Below, piece by piece: positions 17,783 to 27,338 of a stretch of DNA of 64,000 bases (positions are counted from its first letter, which is position 1; each line of letters begins with the position of its first letter). Under the pieces are notes generated by a model. The model was not told where the DNA came from. It saw nothing but the letters and a program-made list of their open reading frames with translations, and did no database searches. The DNA comes from a virus. Position numbers and translations under genes: made by a program. Location of the stretch: the IMG/VR virus record IMGVR_UViG_3300025917_000016, positions 2,556 through 66,555 of that record; one strand, given 5' to 3'.

Positions 17783-19892
17783 AGCCACCCTCGCAGTTCA
17801 ACGGGATATCGGCGCACCACGCGGGCGGCGTGCGCATCGTGCGCATCATGTCCTTGTAGCACTTCTCGGCACGGGCATTCTTCACAGCGCACACGACCTC
17901 GTCGTGCGTGGTTGTGACGACCCGGTGGCCCATCTTGTCGATCGCCAGCATCTGGTCGGCGACGATGATCCGGGCCAGCGCCTGCACGAGGTTCTCAGTC
18001 AGCAGGCCACCGTAGATCTTGGCACGCTCGCCCTTGCGGTCATACGACCACTCATCCCAACCGGTGTCCTCGTTGCGCTCGCAGCGCAGGTTCGGATACT
18101 TCAGCGCCATGCCATTCGGTAGCCAGATGCGGTCCTTCTCCCAGCGCAGGCATTTGTACTCACCCTCGATCCCGCGTGCCATCTGCGGCAGGATGGTCTT
18201 GCTGCAGAAGTCCCAGAACTGCGCGATCTTGTAATTCTCGCGCCGGTACGTGTTGACGATGGACTTGCACAGCGCCTCCTCGAAGAACACCGGCGGACCC
18301 ATCGTGCCCAGCGCCAACGTGTTCTGGAACTTGTTGTGGCCCATCTGGTAGCCCAGGCCCAGCACGGCGATCTTGCCGACGAAGCGCTCCAGCTTGTCCT
18401 TCTTCTCGATGCGGCGGCCGTAGATCTTGTCGGCGAACTTGCAGTAGGCATCGCGATCCTTACCAGCGTCGGCCAGGCGGAACGCATCGAGCAGGTCTTC
18501 CTGCCCGGCCAGCCATGCGTTGACGCGCGCCTCGATCTGGCCCGAGTCGACCACGACGACCTTATGCCCCTTCGGCGCCAGGATCGACTTGCGCAGGATG
18601 CCGGTGTTTTCCGGATCGTCCGGGTCCTCGCGCTTAAGGTTCTGCATGTTCATCTTGTTGCCGCCCGACCAGCGGCCGGTATGCGCGCCGTAATAGTTCA
18701 GGTACACCGGCAGCGCGGCGCCATTGGCACCGGCCTTGATGAACCGGCCGGCACGCGTCTCGTTCGTGGTCGACTTGACCGACAGGCGCATCTCGATGAG
18801 GTCGCGGATTTTCTGCGACGGGTGTTCCTGCAGGGACGTGAACGCCAGGTCGGTCTTGGCGAACGCATACGCCCATTTCTTGGCCGGGTCGCGGTGCTTG
18901 AAATAGGCCGGCGAGATTTTCATCGGGGGTTCGATACCGTGTGCCTGCAGCATGTCAGCGAACACCTTGTCGCTGGAGATCGCCTTCTTCGCACGGTGCA
19001 GCAGAATCTGGCGCGTATCCGGCGCATCGACGCCCTTCTTGCGCAACTCGGTCAGCTCCGGCTTGGTCGCCTCGACACCGGCCTTGATCATTTTCTCGAC
19101 CTGCTTCTCGGTGCCGAGCGACGACAGCAGCAGCGCTTCCTTGTAGGCGATCTCGCGCGCCAGCTCCTTCTCGACCAGCGGCAGGTCGACCTTGAGGACC
19201 GGATCGCAGAACAGGCGACAAGTCAGGTTGATGTGCTCGATCTCGTCTTCCGGATACTGCTCCAGCATCAGCTTGAAAATTTCGAACGTGAGGCGCACGT
19301 CCTCCTTGCAGTACGCGGCCATCTGCTTGTACAGGGCCGGCGGCAGGTCGCGCACGCCCTTGGCTTGGTCCAGGATGCCAGCCAGCTTGTTACCGACGCC
19401 GTAGTACTGGGCCACGTCGTCCAGCTTGGCCGAGATGTCGTTGCTGTGCAGGCCGCGCGCCATCGACAGCGTGTCATAGTAGAACAGCGGCTTGATACCG
19501 TCCATTTGCTGCGACAGAATGAAGCCGTCAAAATTCGTGTGGTGCGCGAGCAGCGAGTGCGTATCCCAATTGATCTCGTGCAGGGCTTCTTTGATACGGT
19601 TGGCCGGGATGTCCTTCACGGCCTTCTTGCCGATCTTTAGACCCACCATCTGCGCATGGAAGCGCTCGTCGCGGATGTACTCGGACGTCGACAGCTTGCG
19701 CAGCGTGTAGTCGGTGTCGTAGAACGTCTCGAAGTCGAGCGTCACGAGCCGATCCCAGTCGGGTTTGTGCAGACGGACGGCATTGCGGATGGTGGAAACC
19801 GTGCTGTGGACTTCGTCACGGATATTGCGAACAGGCCGGGACTTGGGTGCTGCGGCCGCGGGCGCGGCCTTTGTTGCGGTGGACCACCCCAT
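17760..19892 (-). CDS. polA: Family A DNA polymerase with 3'-5' exonuclease domain
   Basis: ExoI LDFETF; HTGRWSG...NMQNL; motif A DSGQIEAR; motif B RFVGKIAVLGLGYQMG; motif C THDE. Confidence 0.95.
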   Translation of the reverse strand: MGWSTATKAAPAAAAPKSRPVRNIRDEVHSTVSTIRNAVRLHKPDWDRLVTLDFETFYDTDYTLRKLSTSEYIRDERFHAQMVGLKIGKKAVKDIPANRIKEALHEINWDTHSLLAHHTNFDGFILSQQMDGIKPLFYYDTLSMARGLHSNDISAKLDDVAQYYGVGNKLAGILDQAKGVRDLPPALYKQMAAYCKEDVRLTFEIFKLMLEQYPEDEIEHINLTCRLFCDPVLKVDLPLVEKELAREIAYKEALLLSSLGTEKQVEKMIKAGVEATKPELTELRKKGVDAPDTRQILLHRAKKAISSDKVFADMLQAHGIEPPMKISPAYFKHRDPAKKWAYAFAKTDLAFTSLQEHPSQKIRDLIEMRLSVKSTTNETRAGRFIKAGANGAALPVYLNYYGAHTGRWSGGNKMNMQNLKREDPDDPENTGILRKSILAPKGHKVVVVDSGQIEARVNAWLAGQEDLLDAFRLADAGKDRDAYCKFADKIYGRRIEKKDKLERFVGKIAVLGLGYQMGHNKFQNTLALGTMGPPVFFEEALCKSIVNTYRRENYKIAQFWDFCSKTILPQMARGIEGEYKCLRWEKDRIWLPNGMALKYPNLRCERNEDTGWDEWSYDRKGERAKIYGGLLTENLVQALARIIVADQMLAIDKMGHRVVTTTHDEVVCAVKNARAEKCYKDMMRTMRTPPAWCADIPLNCEGGYADNYSK

Positions 19893-20122
19893 TACCTGTC
19901 TCCCACTACAAGAACATGCGAAGCATTCCAGGTGCCATTCGGATTCAGTTCGATAGTCAAGCCATCGGCGGCGCCGTCACGCCATAACCCAAACTTGATC
20001 GGCTTGCCGCGTACAATGGACTCAGCTTGGAGAAAGTGGCTTTCGCCGCGTTCGTCGAGTTTGGAGAGATACTGCTGGACATTGTCATGCGAAAGCACGA
20101 CAGGGATTGTTTCGAGAGCCAT
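19892..20122 (-). CDS. Hypothetical protein
   Basis: Coupled to the polymerase start; AAGGA RBS. Confidence 0.55.
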   Translation of the reverse strand: MALETIPVVLSHDNVQQYLSKLDERGESHFLQAESIVRGKPIKFGLWRDGAADGLTIELNPNGTWNASHVLVVGDR

Positions 20123-20183
20123 GGAGGCGTCCTTTCGTTTCGGTTGCGAGGCATACCGCCGCCCAGGATTAGGCGTGGAATTC

Positions 20184-20301
20184 TTTCATGGACGCGCCGT
20201 CGTATTGCGCGCCGCGTATCTTGCAGCAGCCGCCGGCGGTCGGCGGTCTGTCATCCCGGAGAGCTAACGAGACCTGCTGCGCTTACGACGCGTCCATGAA
20301 A
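20184..20301. ncRNA. Candidate structured RNA (long inverted repeat)
   Basis: TTTCATGGACGC(gcc)GTCGTA pairs with TACGACGCGTCCATGAAA; inner GCAGCAG/CTGCTGC. Confidence 0.4.
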
Positions 20302-20327
20302 AAAGCCGGTCGCGCAAGGCGACCAGC
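20299..20327 (-). terminator. Rho-independent terminator after thyX
   Basis: Minus strand GCTGGTCGC-cttgc-GCGACCGGC followed by T6. Confidence 0.7.
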
Positions 20328-20342
20328 AAACGGGTCATTCTA

Positions 20343-21149
20343 TCAGAGTGCGATGCGCTCGCGGAACTGTTCCCAGCCACGGAAATTGCGCGAGAAGTGA
20401 TTCGGGTCGACCACCACCCATGCCTGATGCTCGAACGGGCTGGCGTGCCGGCTGGTGCGCAGCGTCTCGGCCAGTGCGAGGTCCTTCTCGAGTACTGGTG
20501 CCGAGCCATCGTGGTTCAGGTACGACACACGTGCGCAACGGGCCGCGCTCACCAGCGCTGCGCGCTCGTAGTCCAGCCCCTCGATCTCGGCTTCCGAGAC
20601 ATACGGTGCATGGAAGTCGCGCTCGACCGGCGTCGAACCTTCCAGTGCGGCCAGCATGCACTGCGCAAGACGGCGGATATTCGGCTCGGCCGCCGCGTCC
20701 AGGCGCAACGAAAAGAAGTTGTCCCATTCCGTCGACGTGACGATCGTGTGCATCCATTGGTACGGCTCCAGAATGCGATTCACGACCTGCTTGTGCAGGC
20801 CCAAGTCACGCGACATCGCCTCGGCCACATCGGCCGCGACTTGCGCTGATTGGCGCCACAACTTCTCCGCATCCTGACGAGCAAGCGGGCCGACTTCCCC
20901 GTTAGCCTGCATACCCGGTTGATTGGCGCCCCAGTGGATCGGCATGGCCGGATCGCGGCGCACCTGCTCGATCATCTTCGCCACCGGCACGGCGCGCGAA
21001 GACATGGCGTTGCGTGAAAAAACGCGATGCGTCATGAACTCGCTATGGACAAAGCGCGGGTACACCAGCTGCAGCGTTGCGATCGGCCGCTCGTGTACGG
21101 GCGACGCGGAATGCAGCACGATTTTTGCAGAGATTTCAGTCGGGGTCAT
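20343..21149 (-). CDS. thyX: Flavin-dependent thymidylate synthase (ThyX/Thy1)
   Basis: PRFVHSEFMTHRVFSRNAMSSRAVP, NFFSLR, SAARCARVSY, HASPFEH. Confidence 0.9.
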   Translation of the reverse strand: MTPTEISAKIVLHSASPVHERPIATLQLVYPRFVHSEFMTHRVFSRNAMSSRAVPVAKMIEQVRRDPAMPIHWGANQPGMQANGEVGPLARQDAEKLWRQSAQVAADVAEAMSRDLGLHKQVVNRILEPYQWMHTIVTSTEWDNFFSLRLDAAAEPNIRRLAQCMLAALEGSTPVERDFHAPYVSEAEIEGLDYERAALVSAARCARVSYLNHDGSAPVLEKDLALAETLRTSRHASPFEHQAWVVVDPNHFSRNFRGWEQFRERIAL

Positions 21150-21505
21150 AGCTTTTTAAACTCAGGGTCGTCCGGATCGATGTAGATGATCCGGTTCTTG
21201 GGGTTAAGGATCGCGTCGCTCAGGGCGATCGCGGACTTGGAAAACTCCGGTACGGCGGCGCGCACGATCTCGCCGCGGAACTTGTCGTTGGCGATATTGT
21301 GAATCTCCATCGCGGCCCGTACAAGGTCGGGCGGATAGATCGCTGCCTTGAACGCCAGCTTGATGCGACCGGACATGAAGTCTTCCTCGGCCTGCAGGAA
21401 GTCGGCGCGGTTCAAGCCGTGGCGCACGCAAATCACGTGCAAAATATTCTCGAACCGTTGCTTGTTGCCGAGCTTGTCCAGCGCATGACTGAAGATACCG
21501 GCCAT
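21146..21505 (-). CDS. Hypothetical protein
   Basis: Coupled ORF. Confidence 0.55.
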   Translation of the reverse strand: MAGIFSHALDKLGNKQRFENILHVICVRHGLNRADFLQAEEDFMSGRIKLAFKAAIYPPDLVRAAMEIHNIANDKFRGEIVRAAVPEFSKSAIALSDAILNPKNRIIYIDPDDPEFKKL

Positions 21506-21741
21506 CACCGGCCCCATTTCCAGTTAATCTGCTCCTCGGCGTAATACATATACGAGGGTTTCTCGAAAGCCGGCTCGGGTTTTTTCTCGCAGTACCATGA
21601 CGGGCATCCCGGGCCAAGCTGCTCTACGGTACGGCAGCCTTGCCATCCCTTTTGCCACGCGTATGATTTCGAGATATCCAATGGAAGGCCCTTACGATAC
21701 GCATCCACTCCCTCAAGGTACTCACGGTCGGTAGCCATCAT
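21505..21741 (-). CDS. Small protein with Rmf/CrpP-like pattern
   Basis: YLEGVDAYRKG...AWQKGW. Confidence 0.45.
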   Translation of the reverse strand: MMATDREYLEGVDAYRKGLPLDISKSYAWQKGWQGCRTVEQLGPGCPSWYCEKKPEPAFEKPSYMYYAEEQINWKWGR

Positions 21742-21743
21742 AA

Positions 21744-23120
21744 TTACAACCCCGCGAACAAGTCCAGCAGGTTGCCCATGCGTGCATCCTTGCCCATCAG
21801 GTTCTTGTAGACCGCCTGCTCGACCGCCATGTCCGACAGGACGATGATCGTCTCGGTCTTCTGCTTCTGGCCGTTGCGGAATGCGCGCTTGTTCCCCTGC
21901 ACGAACCACTCCAGATTGTCCGTCGGCGACGGCCAGATCGTCGTCGACGCACGCGTCAGGGTCAAGCCATGCGCGGCGCTGGCCGGGTGCGCGAACAGCA
22001 CCTGATAGAAGCCGGCCTGGTAGTCCTTGACCATCTCGGCACGCTGCTTCACCGGCGTCTTGCCGTCGATGACGCAGTACTTGATGCCGCGTTTTTCGGC
22101 CTCGGCCACCATGAAGTCGCGCTGGTGCTGCCACAGGAAGAACACGATCGAGTGCTTGCGGTCCTCGACCAAATCCATCACCAGCTCGTACCGGCCGCTG
22201 TCGACAAGGTGATACTGCTCGCTGTGCTCGTACACGGCGCCGGATGCGATCTGTAGCAGCTTCGTGCGCACGGCCGCCGCGTTGATGGCGTTGATCACCT
22301 TGCCCCGCACGGCGGCGAGCTGGGTCATCGCCATCTCCTTGTACGCGCGCAGCTGCTTGGCCGGCATCTTGTATGGCATCGTGTACTGGAAGTTCTCCGG
22401 GATGTCGATGCAGTCCTGGAAGCGGTGCCGGATCGTCGAATCGGCCAGCAGCGCGAACACGGCTTCCTCAGCACCTTCCTTGTCCTCCCAGCGCACCATC
22501 TCGCGGCGCGGGCCGACCTGCACCGGCTGACACACGGCCTGGCGAAATGCGAAGAAGCTCTGGCCCAGGCGCTTGCCGTCGTCGATGAAGAACATCTGGT
22601 TCCAGATGTCCGTGATCGAGCGCGGGTTCGGCGTGCCGGACATGGCGATGCGGTCGCGGAAGTGTGCCTTGATCTTGTTGAGCGCACGGCTGCGCTGCGT
22701 GGTCGGGTTGCGAAATGCCGTTGACTCGTCCACCACGACGCGCACGAAGCGCTTGAAAAACGCCTTCGGCTTCTTGGCTAGCCAGTTCACCGCATCGTGG
22801 TTCGTCACATATACATCGGCCGGTGCGGCGAACGCCTCCTCGCGGTTCTCGGCCCAGGCCACGGAGACCTTCAGATGCGGCGCGAACTTCGTGATGTCCT
22901 CGGCCCACGCCGATTCGAGCAGGGACTTCGGCGCCAGTACGAGCAGGGCCTCGCCCTTCTTGCGCGCCTTGTCGAACGCGATAATCTCGACGAAGGTCTT
23001 ACCGGTGCCCGGATCGCTCATGTCGAACAGGCGCACAGGACTGGCCTTCGCGAAGACCTTCAGCGATTCGGCCTGGTGCTTCATGGCCTTGATGACCGGG
23101 GGTTTAGGCACTGCTGCCAT
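21744..23120 (-). CDS. SNF2-family (SF2) helicase
   Basis: DPGTGKT, VVDES, SGTP, AAHGLTL, QGNKRAFRNGQ. Confidence 0.9.
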   Translation of the reverse strand: MAAVPKPPVIKAMKHQAESLKVFAKASPVRLFDMSDPGTGKTFVEIIAFDKARKKGEALLVLAPKSLLESAWAEDITKFAPHLKVSVAWAENREEAFAAPADVYVTNHDAVNWLAKKPKAFFKRFVRVVVDESTAFRNPTTQRSRALNKIKAHFRDRIAMSGTPNPRSITDIWNQMFFIDDGKRLGQSFFAFRQAVCQPVQVGPRREMVRWEDKEGAEEAVFALLADSTIRHRFQDCIDIPENFQYTMPYKMPAKQLRAYKEMAMTQLAAVRGKVINAINAAAVRTKLLQIASGAVYEHSEQYHLVDSGRYELVMDLVEDRKHSIVFFLWQHQRDFMVAEAEKRGIKYCVIDGKTPVKQRAEMVKDYQAGFYQVLFAHPASAAHGLTLTRASTTIWPSPTDNLEWFVQGNKRAFRNGQKQKTETIIVLSDMAVEQAVYKNLMGKDARMGNLLDLFAGL

Positions 23121-23478
23121 TGATTTCCTCCTGCGTGAATTGGTACTTGTCGCAGTATTGTTCGGCGACCTTTAGGTGATGCAGGCCATGTACCTCGTCG
23201 CCGGCCAATCTCTCCTGCACGCCGCGCGACGCATGGTAGGTATAGCGCTCGATAGCGACCTTGCGGTCGACCATGCGCTGGTACTGTGTCGGATGGTTGA
23301 GCGGGTTCAGCAGCTCGATGTCGATCATGTCGAGCGCGAATTTCGGCGGGTGCAACATCGACTTCGGGATGGACTGGTAGTTCGGCGCAGAACTCGACAT
23401 CGTCCGCGTGACCGAACCGCCGTAGATCAAGTCCAAACGTTCTTTCTTCGGTAGTGCTTCCCAGTCATCGAGATTCAC
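23104..23478 (-). CDS. Small protein carrying a PolA TGRLSS-PNLQNIP-like motif
   Basis: GTGA overlap with the nuclease stop; LIYGGSVTRTMSSSAPNYQSIPK. Confidence 0.55.
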   Translation of the reverse strand: MNLDDWEALPKKERLDLIYGGSVTRTMSSSAPNYQSIPKSMLHPPKFALDMIDIELLNPLNHPTQYQRMVDRKVAIERYTYHASRGVQERLAGDEVHGLHHLKVAEQYCDKYQFTQEEINGSSA

Positions 23479-24344
23479 ATCACCCCTTTCTCGCAGATAC
23501 CGGCGCCCTTCGGGCCGTACATGCAGTACTTGCAGTTGAACATATTCGGGTTCGGCGGGAAGTCGACGGCGCTGACCATCTTTGTCGCACGCATGTCCCA
23601 CTTCTGCCGAAAGCGCAGGCCCTGTGCACGATGGAACGTCATCGACGTGATCTCGTCCTGGTCCAGATACCACAGCTCGACATGCGCCGTCTCCAACTTC
23701 GGATAGCGCAGGAACGTCACCAGCTGGTACAGCTGCACCTGCTCGCCGTGCTTGACCTCGTTGCCGAACTTGCGGCCGGTCTTATAGTCGATGATGACTG
23801 CCTCGGTCTCGGACTTGAACACGAGCGAATCGAGCTTCAGGCGCAACCACGCGTTGTTCCAGTCAGCCGGCTCCCAGTCCTTGTTCATGCCCCATTCGCC
23901 TTCGAGCGATACCATGCCCTGCTTGAACTGCTCCTGCATTACATGGAACTCAGTCTCGAACGCGCGCAGCTCCGGATTGAACTTCGCCTTCCCGCGCACG
24001 AACATCTCGGCGCTGTCGTGGATGCGCGAGCCGCGGTCGTTCGCATGCTCCATCTTCCCCGGCGGCAGCGGACGCTCCGGCTCGGGGATCTTCTGTACGC
24101 GCTTCAGGAAGGTGTAGTACTTGCAGCGCTCGAAATCCATCAGGCTTGAAAACGACCAGGACTTGAGCGGCGCGGCCGGCAGGCGATGGTCTGGCACGAT
24201 CGGGATGATCCTGGCCGGGTTCGTGCCGGTGACAGCAGACAGGGCGCGGGTCTTGGGCTTGGCGGCGGGTTCGGTGCTGGCAACGACGGAGGAGACGAGC
24301 GCGTCGGCGCCCAACTCCCAGGGCTTGCGGGAGGTCTTCGGCAT
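23475..24344 (-). CDS. PD-(D/E)xK (RecB/Cas4-like) exonuclease
   Basis: SWSFSSL...C, RGSRIH, LKLD, IIDYKTG, QVQLYQ, C-terminal CKYC...C. Confidence 0.85.
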   Translation of the reverse strand: MPKTSRKPWELGADALVSSVVASTEPAAKPKTRALSAVTGTNPARIIPIVPDHRLPAAPLKSWSFSSLMDFERCKYYTFLKRVQKIPEPERPLPPGKMEHANDRGSRIHDSAEMFVRGKAKFNPELRAFETEFHVMQEQFKQGMVSLEGEWGMNKDWEPADWNNAWLRLKLDSLVFKSETEAVIIDYKTGRKFGNEVKHGEQVQLYQLVTFLRYPKLETAHVELWYLDQDEITSMTFHRAQGLRFRQKWDMRATKMVSAVDFPPNPNMFNCKYCMYGPKGAGICEKGVM

Positions 24345-24396
24345 GAGGTAAATCCTTGGGTGATATGGAGCGTGCAGTATATCCCAATGGAAACAG

Positions 24397-25080
24397 CTAC
24401 AGCACATTTCCATCGGCGTCGAACGACAAGCCGGCGGCTTCGATCGCAGCGTCGATCTGCTCGTCGTCCATCTAGTACTCATACTCGGCTTCGAGCTGGC
24501 TATAAATCCAGTCGCCAAACGCATCGACCAGCTTGTCGGCGGCCTTTTCGATCTCGGGCGACAGCCGGCCTTCCGAGTCATCGACACTGGTACACCAGTT
24601 GCGCGCGTTGCCGCGTACGGCCAGGCGCATGCCAATCTCGACCTCGGACCATTCCCGATCCGCTTCGTCGCTGCACAGCCGGTTGAATGCATGGACAGCG
24701 GCGATGGCGGCAAATAAATCTTCCGCCTGTCGCGCCAGGTCGACCAGTATGTCGTCCTCACCCATCGCCTGCTTCACACGCTCGACGGCGCCGGCCAGCT
24801 TCTCGGCGTAGATGGACCCATTCCAGCACGCGCCGCTACCCTGCGTATAGAAGCCACTGAAGTAAATATCCGGGCTGTACACCGTACGCGCCCCGCGACC
24901 TTCTTCGCGCTTGCCGATCTCCATCCCGAACAGCTCGGCCGTCGTCGACGCTTCGTCGTAGACATACTCCCACCAGTTGTAATCGAGGTGGTGCTCACGG
25001 AACTTGTCGCGAGCGCGCTCCTTGGCCTTGTCGGACAGTTCGTCGAACTCGAACTCGGTCTTCTCCTCGGCTTCACTCAC
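24397..25080 (-). pseudogene. Acidic phage protein interrupted by an in-frame TAG at 24472-24474 (nonsense allele or readthrough)
   Basis: ...LEAEYEY*MDDEQIDAAIEAAGLSFDADGNVL*; the post-stop peptide looks like the usual C-terminus of this FDELS...IYFSGF family. Confidence 0.55.
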
Positions 25081-25268
25081 GGCACCTCCACTAGTGCGTC
25101 AAGATAACTGCGCAATGCCTCACGTGCCCGTCGAACCCGGCGCTCAGTGCCGCTCACGGGTTCTTTCGGATTACTCGAAGCACCGAGCCCGACGACGGTG
25201 CGGCGTACACGCGCCGTGGCGAGGAGCGAGGCCAAGCGCTCGATTTCATTGGCTTGGTCGCGAGTCAT
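25077..25268 (-). CDS. Small helical-hairpin protein
   Basis: MTRDQANEIERL...RVRRAREALRSYL; resembles 36015-36212. Confidence 0.55.
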   Translation of the reverse strand: MTRDQANEIERLASLLATARVRRTVVGLGASSNPKEPVSGTERRVRRAREALRSYLDALVEVP

Positions 25269-25474
25269 GGCTTCAGCTCGTAGTCGTCGCTGGCGTCGGC
25301 TTCGCCCGTCGTGCACGAGAAGCACAGGCCGCAGCCACCGTACTTCCAGATCGGCTCGCCGCAGACCTCGCACTCCCCATTCGTATTGGCCAGGCGGCGC
25401 AGTTCGGCGAGCGAGCGGCTGTCACCCTTGGCCTGGGCTTGCTCGGGCGTGATGAATCCGGCATAGTTGTTCAT
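25265..25474 (-). CDS. Small zinc-finger protein
   Basis: CEVC...CFSC; GGAGG RBS. Confidence 0.65.
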   Translation of the reverse strand: MNNYAGFITPEQAQAKGDSRSLAELRRLANTNGECEVCGEPIWKYGGCGLCFSCTTGEADASDDYELKP

Positions 25475-25489
25475 GATCCCTCCAGACGT

Positions 25490-25514
25490 AAAAAAGCCAC
25501 CCCGGAGGGTGGCT
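25490..25514 (-). terminator. Rho-independent terminator ending the AAA/VWA operon
   Basis: Minus strand AGCCACCC-tccg-GGGTGGCT followed by a T run. Confidence 0.8.
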
Positions 25515-25540
25515 GAATGATCTTGACGATCGCGCTAGGA

Positions 25541-25840
25541 CTACGCGTGCATTGTATCGCGAATCGCTTCTGCGGGCACGCTCGGGATACCGGCGCTGAT
25601 CGCACCGATCACATGGCCGATATCGGACAGCGCAGTATTCAGGCGCTGGACGGCGAGCAGGACCGGGCTGATGCCGCGCGCCCTCGCACTCAGGATCACA
25701 TCGTCGTCCAGTTCGTAGTACAGGAACTGGAACAGCGTGTCGCCGCACTCGCGCAGGTCCTCACCGCGCTTCAGGTGTGCGAACTCACCGCCTCGATATG
25801 TGTCCATCAGGATACGTTGCAAAGTGTTCGGTTTCATCAT
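25541..25840 (-). CDS. Hypothetical protein
   Basis: Coupled to the VWA gene stop (YRGGEF...GDTLFQFLYYEL). Confidence 0.6.
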   Translation of the reverse strand: MMKPNTLQRILMDTYRGGEFAHLKRGEDLRECGDTLFQFLYYELDDDVILSARARGISPVLLAVQRLNTALSDIGHVIGAISAGIPSVPAEAIRDTMHA

Positions 25841-26973
25841 TCTGTGTCCAGGGTAATGTGAAGGGTGTCGCCGAACGGTGCGATGAGATCCGGAGTGATC
25901 GAGACCCATAACACGGGGAAACTCGGCGGTGTTTTTGGAAACGGTCCATACAGATCGGTAAGATACACCATCACACAGGGTTGTGTTGCCATTTCTTCAG
26001 CATATCGCATGACTGGACGGAAATCCGTGCCGCCGTTGGCAAAACGCGTCATCTCGAAATGATCGTCCGGCCCGAACTCCTCGACCTTGGCCACGTCCAC
26101 GGCGAAGTGCGCCAGCACGATCTTCTCGGGCCGCAGGTCTTCCTGGATCGCCGCAATTTCAGCGGCGAACGCCTCGACGACTTTCTGGTCCACGGACCCA
26201 GACTCGTCCGATGCGATGACGATCGGGCCCATTTCTTCGCTGTACAAGCCCGGCAGGTAGTGACCGGCCGCCTGCATCTTGCGGTTCAGGCGCTGCCACG
26301 AATAATCGTTCTTCGCGGCGTTCATCACGAACAGGCGCAGCTGCTCGCGCCAGTCGACCTTGTTGCGGCTGGCCTTCTCGATGAACTGCTCCATCGACTC
26401 GTGCAGCTTGCCGGCGGCTGCGGCGGCGGCCGCGGCTTGTTGCGCGGCGACGTGCCAGTCGGCGGCCTGGGCCTGCTGCATGGCCGGGTCAGTCGGGCCG
26501 GGCAACACCTGATCGAGCGGGCCGGGCTTCTGGCCACTCGGCGCGCCACTGCCACCCGGCGGCGGATCGGGGATCATCGAATAGATCTGCTCGGCCGTTT
26601 TGCCGCGGTACTGCACGTCGTGCAGCCAGCCCTCGCCCAGCTTGAGGCCGGACTGCACCAGCATGTCGTTCACGACATAGTCGCATGCATAGTTCCACTT
26701 TTGCGGGTTCAGGTTGATCCCGCGCCCAGACGCGCCGCAGTGCTCCAGCACGCAGTGCATGACCTCGTGCGCCACGGCCGACGTAGCAACGTCGTTCGGC
26801 AGCGTGTTGAGGAAGTCCGGGTTATAGCGCATCGTCTTCCCATCCACGTTCAGCGTCGGGATGCTCGGATCCTGCACCAGTTCCAGGCGCATCGCCAGCG
26901 TGCCAAAGAACGGCTGGTCGATGAGCAGCGTTGTGCGCGCCTTGGTGATCTTGTCGTGTGCCTGCTTGTTCAT
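25837..26973 (-). CDS. DUF2201-type HExxH metallopeptidase plus VWA domain protein
   Basis: AHEVMHC...H, WNYACDYVVN; MIDAS DESGS, GGTDF, YLTDLYG. Confidence 0.88.
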   Translation of the reverse strand: MNKQAHDKITKARTTLLIDQPFFGTLAMRLELVQDPSIPTLNVDGKTMRYNPDFLNTLPNDVATSAVAHEVMHCVLEHCGASGRGINLNPQKWNYACDYVVNDMLVQSGLKLGEGWLHDVQYRGKTAEQIYSMIPDPPPGGSGAPSGQKPGPLDQVLPGPTDPAMQQAQAADWHVAAQQAAAAAAAAGKLHESMEQFIEKASRNKVDWREQLRLFVMNAAKNDYSWQRLNRKMQAAGHYLPGLYSEEMGPIVIASDESGSVDQKVVEAFAAEIAAIQEDLRPEKIVLAHFAVDVAKVEEFGPDDHFEMTRFANGGTDFRPVMRYAEEMATQPCVMVYLTDLYGPFPKTPPSFPVLWVSITPDLIAPFGDTLHITLDTE

Positions 26974-27338
26974 TCCCTGCTCCTTGAAAGTCGTATCTCG
27001 ACCGCGCGCATGACCACGTCCACGCCGATCGTCTGTTTGCCGTCCTGGGCCTGCTTTTCGACGACGTTGATCCACCACAATCGCGTGCGTTTATCCCAGC
27101 GCTGCCATAGGTTATAGTTTGAGTTGAAGCGATGGTATTCCTGGGCCAGCTCGTCGAGTGCACTGGCGTACATCCAGAGCTTCGTTTCTTCGTCATCGGT
27201 GAACAGCTCCTGATCTTCAATCCCGTCGGGATCGTACACGCAGCGACCGTCGACATAGACCTTATCGCCGTTATAGGTGATGTAGCCGCCTTTATGTTGC
27301 GCTGCCTTGATGATAAGTCGTCGTTCCCAGTCGCTCAT
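26970..27338 (-). CDS. Hypothetical protein, C-terminal AVEIRLSRSRE
   Basis: ATGA-coupled on both sides. Confidence 0.6.
   Translation of the reverse strand: MSDWERRLIIKAAQHKGGYITYNGDKVYVDGRCVYDPDGIEDQELFTDDEETKLWMYASALDELAQEYHRFNSNYNLWQRWDKRTRLWWINVVEKQAQDGKQTIGVDVVMRAVEIRLSRSRE

Noticed and set aside
8917-21149. Modified-base (for example Z-genome or 7-deazaguanine) pathway suggested by MazG-like, DUF6378-like and ThyX genes
   Set aside because: No PurZ, Que/Dpd, hydroxymethylase or glycosyltransferase recognised; these genes fit ordinary nucleotide metabolism.
23475-24344. Cas4-like nuclease as evidence of CRISPR-Cas
   Set aside because: Stand-alone PD-(D/E)xK nucleases are routine in phage replication modules.
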